NCBI GenBank assembly: GCA_951406725.2
Contig: OX597817.1
Location: 152,520,001 to 152,584,000 of the forward strand
Source of the DNA: Octopus vulgaris
Lineage: Eukaryota
Reading direction: 5' to 3'
DNA length: 64,000 bases
Made by a program: the position numbers and the translations under genes. Each line of letters begins with the position of its first letter. The stretch's first letter is position 1. Below are positions 55,726 through 64,000 of the stretch, one piece after another. The notes beneath the pieces were generated by a model. That model ran no database searches. It saw only the letters and a program-made list of their open reading frames with translations, and was not told the origin of the DNA.

Positions 55726-56489
55726 GCTGTGGACAAGTGTACCACCATGCATTTTGGGAGAAAAAACCCTGCGTCCACATACTCCCTCCACAACACTGAT
55801 ATCAAGAAATCCTTATGCGAGCGTGACCTAGGCATCACTGTCAGCAGTGATTTGCGCTGGACAAAGCATATCTCTAAAATTGTCAAGAAGGCCGAGGGTG
55901 TCTTGGCATCACTCAGCAAGACTTTTGTTAGCCGCTCTCCAGCCATCTATTTAAAACTGTATACAGCTATGGTACGACCACACTTGGAATTCGCATCATC
56001 AGTTTGGAACCCCTATCTTGCTCAGAACATTGACCTCCTGGAATCGGTTCAGAGACGTGCAACCAAACGCATACCCTCCATCAGACACCTACCATATTCT
56101 GAGCGCCTTGTTTCCCTGGGCATGGATTCACTGAAGCTCCGGCGTCTGGCGACGGACTTGGTAAACGCCCACAAAGTTGTCAACCACCTCACCAATAACA
56201 ACACTGAACACCTTTTTGATCTCCATGTGTCTAACACACGTGGACATGCCTACAAAGTCAGAAAACAACACAGCTCCCATGACTTTCGGAAACATTTCTT
56301 CACGCTCAGAGTTGCTGAAGCATGGAATAAACTGCCTGCGTCAGTTGTTGACTGCCATGACACTGCATCCTTTAAGGCCCTCATGCTTTCCGAAATCCGT
56401 CGAAACTACACCTGATTATATATGCACTTTAGATGAGTTGTAGTGCACCTGAGCACTGTACACAATGTTTATTATTATTATTATTATTA
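55721..56489 (+). mobile_element. 5'-truncated CR1-clade LINE with uninterrupted ORF2 C-terminus
   Basis: KC..MHFG, ERDLGI, LY..MVRPHLEFASSVWNPY, LESVQRRATK, TRGH and FF..RV..WN.LP motifs; stop at 56415, short UTR, (ATT)n tail. Confidence 0.95.
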
Positions 56490-57241
56490 AATTACCCAGC
56501 TACATCTATGCATACATCTATGCATCTTCCTATCAATCTGTCTGTCTGTCTATCTATTTCTCTCTCCTTGTGTGTATATATATATATATATATCATCATT
56601 GTTTAACATTCGTTTTCCATGCTTGGACGGTTTGACCGGGGTCTGGGAAGCCAGGGGGCTGCACCAGGCTCCAGTCTGATCTGGCAGTGTTTCTACAGCT
56701 GGATGCCCTTCCTAACGCCAACCACTCCATGAGTGTAGTGGGTGCTTTTTACGTGTCACTGGCACAGGTGCCAAGGGAGGCTGACAGTAGCCACGATCAG
56801 TTGGTGCTTTTTACATGCCACATATATACTATATACACGAGTGAGTGGACAACTGAAAGAAGGGCACTCAACCACTTTATTGGGAGTTACATGTATGGAT
56901 CAAAACAGTTTTTCAAATTTATTGGTACTCTTGAGTTTCAAACATGAAGCTAGTTGTCAGCCAATTTGAATTTGAATATATATATATATAAAACACGATT
57001 TTCCATGACCGTTGCCAGTACCACCTGACTGGCCCTCGTGCCGGTGGCACGTTAAAAACACCCACTACGCTCTCGGAGTGGTTGGCATTAGGAAGGGCAT
57101 TCAGCTGTAGAAACTCTGCCAAATCAAGATTGGAGCCTGGTGCAGCCATATGGTTCACCAGTCCTCAGTCAAATCATCCAACCCATGCGAGCATGGAAAG
57201 CGGACATTAAGTGACGACGACAACGATGACGATGATGATGA

Positions 57242-57279
<38 letters not shown>

Positions 57280-57920
57280 GTGTACAGTTTATAAAGCATA
57301 AATGCTGATTACAGTTTCTGTGTTCTTTTTTAATATATGGTGTCGTGACTCCACACACCACCTGACCTAACATTATGGAGGTTGTCTTACAATATCAGTT
57401 ATGGGAGTGGAGTGAGGAATTGATCTACTATGCCCATACCTTTTGGTAATGTGTCATGCCTTCCAGGGCACCTCTTTTATTATTGATATATATATATATC
57501 ATCATCATCATCATCATCATCGTTTAACGTCCGTTTTCCGCGCTAGCACGGGTTGGACGGTTCGACCGGGGTCTGGGAAGCCAGGGCTGCACCAGGCTCC
57601 AGTCTGATCTGGCAGTGTTTCTACAGCTGGATGCCCTTCCTAACGCCAACCACTCCGCGAGTGTAGTGGATGCTTTTTACATGCCACCTGCACAGGTGCC
57701 AGGGGGGTCTTGCATCGGCCACGATTGGTTGGTGCTTTTTACGTGCCACCTGCACAGGTGCCAGGGGGGTCTTGCATCGGCCATGATTGGTTGGTGCCTT
57801 TAACGTGCCACCGGCACGGAAGCCAGCCAAGGCGGCGCTGGCATCGGCCATGTTCGGATGGTGCTTTTTATGTGCCACCGGCGCAGAAGCCAGTCGAGGC
57901 GGCGCTGGCATACACACATA

Positions 57921-57981
<61 letters not shown>

Positions 57982-58104
57982 GGTCTAGTGGTTAGGGTGT
58001 TGCACTCCCAATTGCAAGATTGTGGGTTCAGTTCCTGGACCTGGTGGTGCCTTGTGTTCTTGATCCAAAGACTTCATTTCACGTTGCTCTGCAATCAGTT
58101 TGAC

Positions 58105-58542
58105 ATCTGATGTGTGGTAGAGGCAATGTTGATTGAATGGAGGGAGTGACTTAGCTAATGTGCAGCGCAAACATTCGATCACTATAAACAAGTCATCTGT
58201 GCAGGTTGTTCTGCAATAAGTTGCTGTCATTTACGACAGGAAAGCCAATCACTATCTGTCTGTCTGCATGCCTGCTTGCCTGTCTGTCTATCTGTCTGCC
58301 TGCCTGTCTGTCTGTCTATCTATCTATATATGCATATGTAAATATACATATGTATATATCTATCTATCTATATGTATATGTATATATACATATATATATA
58401 TATGTATGTATAAATGTATATATTCATATATATATGTATGTATAAATGCATATATTCATATATATATATGTATATATACATATATATATGTATAGATGTA
58501 TATGTATATATAAATATATATATATATGTATATATAAATATT

Positions 58543-58582
<40 letters not shown>

Positions 58583-58800
58583 TATATACATATGTATATT
58601 TACATATACATATATATATATAGATAGACAGACAGAGACAGGCAGGCAGATAGTGATTGGCTTTCCTGTCGTAAATGACAGCAACTTATTGCAGAACAAC
58701 CTGCACAGATGACTTGTTTATAGTGATCGAATGTTTGCGCTGCACATTAGCTAAGTCACTCCCTCCATTCAATCAACATTGCCTCTACCACACATCAGAT
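58105..58800. repeat. Perfect 154-bp inverted duplication flanking a microsatellite
   Basis: 58105-58258 is the reverse complement of 58647-58800; the ORF track shows identical peptides on opposite strands. Confidence 0.95.
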
Positions 58801-59699
58801 ATATATAGGTGCAGGCGTGGCTGTGTGGTAACAAGCTTGCTTCTCAGCTACATGGTCCCAGGTTCAGTCCTGCTCTGTGGCACCATGAGCAAGTGTGTTC
58901 TACTGCCATCTCAGGCTGATCAAAGCCTTGTGAGTGGATATAGTAGATGGAAACTGAAAGAAGCCTGTCATATACACACACACATATATATATGTATATA
59001 TCTATTTGTGCATGTCTTTGTGTCTGTGTTTGTCCGCCCGCCACTGCTCAACAATCGGTGTTGGTGTGTTTACATCCCTATAACCTAGTGGTTCAGCAAA
59101 AGAGACTGATACAAAAACAAGTCCTGGGGTTGATTTGTTCAACTAAAACCTTTCAAAGCAGTGCCCCAGCATGGTCACAGTTAAAAATGACTTAAAGAAG
59201 TTAATGATAACTAATATATGCACATCTATACATAAAAGGTCCTTCCTGAGCATACCGACTCATAGGGCCAGTTCCTAGGTTTCTGTGGTGCATATATTCC
59301 CCCCTTGATGGGATGTTGGTCCATTGCAGGATTTATTCACAACGCATCGCCCAGTTCAGGAGTCAAAATCACAATCTTAGAATCATGTGTCCAATGCCTG
59401 AACCACTAGGCCATGTGTCCCCCCACCCCATATATATTATTCGAAGTGTACAGTATTATAGATCCATTACAGCCGATCTTACCAATCGGTTTCATGCTAG
59501 GGATTCACTTCAGATAATATACTCTATTGATAGATATATGAGTGCATTTTTCCCTGACTTATAGACTCTAAGATGACTTATACACACACATACACATATA
59601 TAGATAGTTAGATATACACATATTCATATGCACCCACAGACACACACATATATCTGTCTATCTATCTATCTACCTATCTATATATATATATAAATATAA

Positions 59700-59739
<40 letters not shown>

Positions 59740-59851
59740 TTTCTTTCCTGAGTGTCCAATAACACTATACTTGTTCCACGTACGTCCTTGCATTGTTGTG
59801 TTTTCTTTTTTTGTTTTCATGTTTGGATTAACTTTATATATATATATATAT

Positions 59852-60004
59852 AACTAAAAATAAGGGTGTCTGATAGACACCACCATGCCGAAATAGCAGT
59901 CAAATCCCTGACTCTAAAAACCACGTTAAATGTTCATATCGCACCATGAGATTTGATTGCTATTTCGGCATGGTGGTGTCTATCAGACACCCTTATTTTT
60001 AGTT
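59852..60004. repeat. Inverted repeat (~55-bp arms)
   Basis: aactaaaaataagggtgtctgatagacaccaccatgccgaaatagcagtcaaatc mirrors gatttgattgctatttcggcatggtggtgtctatcagacacccttatttttagtt. Confidence 0.9.
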
Positions 60005-60968
60005 GTAAAAAATTATTACCTTTGTATGGTATTTTTTCCCATGCTGGCCACTTGATAATATCGATATTATCTTTATAAATATATAAGGACTAGTAGGTTA
60101 GGGAAGTGTTTTTTTGCTAAAGTTGCTGTCTACCATTTCTGCACATATTTGATGTCACAAAAGGATTAAAAAGCAAGACAAGCAAAGAACACTAATTAGA
60201 TCCCAGCTTTGGCATTGACTAACTATAAACATTTGGGTTGAGTTTTTCAGATGAAAAGGCAATGAGTTAACCTTCTCAGCTGGAAAGTCACTGATTTGTG
60301 TTGTCACTTGTACTGCTTTGTGTTCATAGCAAATACTTATACAATACAAATAAGTGTCCTACCTAGTTAGCCCTTATACCAAGGTCGGTTTCATTTTGTC
60401 AAAGATCTTTTTTGGGACTAGTAGGTTAGTGGAATTGTTAGAATGCTGAATGGAATACCTTCTGATATCTGTTTGGAAATATTTGTGAAGGATCTGAGCT
60501 ATAGTTCTTGTCCTTCCTTAGGAAAACTGGTGGCAAACTGAAGGTAAGGATACTTGCCTGCATAGCCAATTGTTGACTTTTTATATATATAGGTATGGCT
60601 TCTCAACCACATGGTTTTGGGTTCAGTCCCACTGCATGACACCTTGCTTGTGGCTGGCCAAAGCCTTGTAAGTGGATTTGGTAAATGGAAACTGAGAGTA
60701 GCCTGTCATATATATATATTACATATGTTTATATCTATGTGTATGTGTTTCTGTGTTTGCCCCCAACACACTGCTTGACAACAGGTGTTGGTGTATTTAT
60801 GTCCTCCATAACTTAGTGGTTTAGCAAAAGTGACCGATAGAATAAGTACTAGGCTTCAAAAAAAAAAAAAGTCTTAGGGTTTATTTCCTTGATTCTAAAA
60901 CCCTTCAAGGTAGTGCCCCAGTATGGCCATGGTCAAACAACTGAAACAAGCGAAAGATTAAAGATATA

Positions 60969-61008
<40 letters not shown>

Positions 61009-62319
61009 CACTGGTGGAGGGAAGCTCCAAATGATATGGAGTAAGAACAATCCACTTAGATTTAGATTTTGAATTGAATATAACCTAGAATATTAGTAGT
61101 ACTGGCAGGATTTGAACCAAAAATAGGGGGAGAAAAATGTTTTAGACTGTTTAATGTTTTTTATTGGGTGTTTTCTTTTTTACTTACTACATCATTGTCA
61201 TCAATCTGGCATCTACATAGTTGCACAATCTGCTATAATTAATACCCAAACCTTGGTCAAATTATATACTTACCATCTTGAAAGAGAACACATAATGTAA
61301 TCTGGGGTGGTCACAGCTGGAATGCTTTTCATCATAGGACTGCTGAAAAAAGAAGAGTCAACCTTGCCACTAAACAAGAGATCATTGCTTCTACTTGAAT
61401 CAGAAGATTTAGTTTCTTGCTTCCACTGAATATTTTCATCTGATGATGCACTCACATCAATTTCTGGTGATGTACTTCTTTGCAGTATGACGATGAATGC
61501 ATGGATCATATGTCTTTTATTTTTTACTTGTTTTAGCCTTTGGACTGTAGCTATGTTGGGGTACCACCTTGGAAATTTTTTTAATTGAAGGAATCAACCC
61601 CAGTACTTTTCTTTTAGTCTGGCATTTATTCTATCATCTCTTTTGCTGAACTGCCAAGTTACAGGGATGTAAACACACCAATGCCAGTTGTCAAATAGTG
61701 GCGGAGGACAAAATTCACTAACAAAGACAAACTCACACACACACATATTTTTTCTTTTTTCTTTTATTTGTTTCAGTCATTTGACTGCAGCCATGCTAGA
61801 GCACCGCTTTTAGTCGAGCAAATCGACCCCGAGACTTATTCTTTGTAAGCCCAGTACTTATTCTATCGGTCTCTTTTTGCCGAACCGCTAAGTGACGGGG
61901 ACGTAAACACACCAGCATCGGTTGTCAAGCAATGCTAGGGGATCAAACACAGACACACAAACATACATATATAAGACAGGCTTCTTTCAGTTTCCGTCTA
62001 CCAAATCCACTCACAAGGCATTGGTTGGCCCGGGGCTATAGCAGAAGACACTTGCCCAAGATGCCACCCAGTGGGACTGAACCCAGAACCATGTGGTTGG
62101 TTAGCAAGCTACTTACCACATTGCTACTCCTGTGCCTATATATAAGACAAACTTCTTTCAGTTTCTGTCCACCAAATCCACTCACAAAGCTTTGGTCGTC
62201 CTGAGGCTATAGCAGAAGACACTTGTCCAAGGTGCCACACAGTGGACTGAACCTGGAACCATGTGGTTAGGAAGCGAGCTTCTAACTGCACAGCCACACT
62301 TGTACCTATACTAGTATAC

Positions 62320-62600
62320 TTTTTTTTAACCTGCTGAGTCTGGAGGAAGGGGCAGTGTCCATGATCTTTGCAGGCCCTTCAGAGCCTGTGAGTGATGTCG
62401 TCAAAATCTGCAGGGAGGAGATTCCAGAGGGTCGATGCTCTGGTAAAGAAGAATGAGGCATAGTGGTTAGTGTGTGTGTGTCTGTGGGAGTTGAGTGGTG
62501 TTAGTAGATGTAACAAGGTTGACAAAAAGTGTAGAGGAGTAGAGCAGGGATACCTGAATGGCGAATGCACTGCACCTGTATCAGTATATTTTTGCCTACA
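62320..62600 (-). pseudogene. Decayed CR1/Jockey-group LINE ORF2 3' remnant
   Basis: Minus-strand peptide ...NHYASFFFTRASTLWNLLP resembles the SFF.R...WN.LP C-terminal motif. Confidence 0.55.
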
Positions 62601-63246
62601 GCCAAACCTTATTAGCAATCAAAGTTGTGATTCTGTTACCACGTATTTATTATTTTCATTATGGTGTTGCTTAACCCCAAGCTAACTCTCAAATGAGCAG
62701 GTCTTTGATCATAGATATTCTAGCCATGACCATCCAATCTTTATTTACAGCCACAGCATCCTTTGGACCATATTATCCAATAAGTTCTTTCTCTTTAAGA
62801 CAGTGAGGTTAAGTGAAATTTGGCTGCTATTTCTAGCAGTTTGAGTAACCATATAGAGAGTTATTTATTATTAAGAGGACACCGGACAACAGAATTAGTA
62901 GAGCGCTGGAATAAATGCATTGTGGTTTTTCATTACAGTTTGAGTTCAAATTTCACTAGTATACGCCTTCAGTGGGTCAAATGACAGCACACAATATATC
63001 TACCGGTTAAGGACTGGAGTAGATTCAATAAACTCCAAATAATATACAGCAAAAGACTGAATTAGTATAGTATTTTGCTATTATTTACATTATAGTGCAA
63101 TTGGTAAACAAATCATTGCATTTCCGACAGTAAGAATGTTTGTGTAACTCAGTACAGAACAAACAGGAACAGAGGATTTTGTTCAGAAATCACCCAGTTT
63201 TCAGTATTTCTCAGATTTGTCAAAATACACACACACATATATATAT

Positions 63247-63640
63247 AGGCGCAGGAGTGGCTGTGTGGTAAGTAGCTTGCTAACCAACCACATGCTTCCG
63301 GGTTCAGTCCCACTGGGTGGCATCTTGGGCAAGTGTCTTCTGCTATAGCCTCGGGCCAACCAAAGCCTTGTGAGTGGATTTGGTAGACGGAAACTGAAAG
63401 AAGCCTGTCGTATATATGTGTATGTGTGTGTATATATTTGTGTGTCTGTGTTTGTCCCTCTAGCATTGCTTGACAACCGATGCTGGTGTGTTTACGTCCC
63501 CGTCACTTAGCGGTTCGGCAAAAAGAGACCGATAGAATAAGTACTGGGCTTACAAAGAATAAGTCCCGGGGTCGATTTGCTCGACTAAAAGCGGTGCTCC
63601 AGTATGGCCGCAGTCAAATGACTGAAACAAGTAAACGAGT
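63247..63640 (+). mobile_element. Well-preserved bipartite SINE (head + internal TA/TG microsatellite + second module)
   Basis: ggcgcaggagtggctgtgtggtaag...gggttcagtccc...gaaactgaaagaagcctgtcg-(microsatellite)-...gactgaaacaagtaaa. Inverse copies at ~61757-62127, 49765-50205 and 63705-64000. Confidence 0.85.
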
Positions 63641-64000
63641 ATATATATATCAATATGACTTATAACATGACAAAAGCCATTGACACATAAATACCCCTCA
63701 TATTCTTTTACATGTTTCAGTCATTTGACAGCGACCAGGCTGGAGGACTGCCTTAATGGGTTTTAGGACCTATTCTTTGTAAGCCTAGTGCTTATTCTAT
63801 CAGTCTCCTTTGCCAAACCACTAAGTTACGGGGGCATAAACACATCAGCATTGGTTGCCATGGCGGAGGTACAAACATAGATGAAGGGGTTCTTTCAGTT
63901 TCCATCTACCAAATCCACTCACAAGGCTTTGGTTGGCCCTAGACTATAGTAGAAGACACTTACCCAAGGTGCCACACAGTGGGACTGAACCTGGAACCAT

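Noticed and set aside
61270-61509. Minus-strand 79-aa ORF with apparent ttttcag acceptor and atg|gtaagt donor (69-nt exon candidate)
   Set aside because: The segment (ctatgatgaaaagcattccagctgtgacc...gattacattat) resembles a dispersed repeat also seen near 53950 and 62700; no recognisable protein or partner exons.

Overview
AT-rich, repeat-dense animal genomic DNA. The mix of tRNA-derived SINEs, RTE LINEs with (GAT)n tails and very long (AT)n/(GT)n microsatellites is what I expect of an octopus genome; this is an inference, not a database match. The only host gene I can support is the 3' end of a TTC7/TTC7B-type TPR protein gene on the + strand. Its three spliced exons (8639-8743, 12249-12340, 26493-26625) have canonical AG/GT boundaries and compatible phases, and end in ...EANSPIIPFTVIPRLLH*. 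The rest is introns and intergenic DNA filled with two RTE families, CR1-type LINE ends, Tc1/mariner, hAT and piggyBac-like MITEs, non-autonomous Helitrons, at least four SINE families and simple repeats. Nearly all ORFs in the supplied track come from repeats or microsatellites. The most interesting signals are: (1) a decayed Penelope-type minimal hammerhead ribozyme inside a ~230 bp foldback; (2) a structured 25-nt motif repeated 1-14 times in RTE 3' tails, with a 14-copy two-variant array in the TTC7 intron; (3) several long foldback palindromes, including a perfect 154-bp inverted duplication around an (AT)n tract; (4) SINEs that swap head and tail modules. No CRISPR array, rRNA or true tRNA gene was found. 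Coordinates of decayed repeats are approximate.
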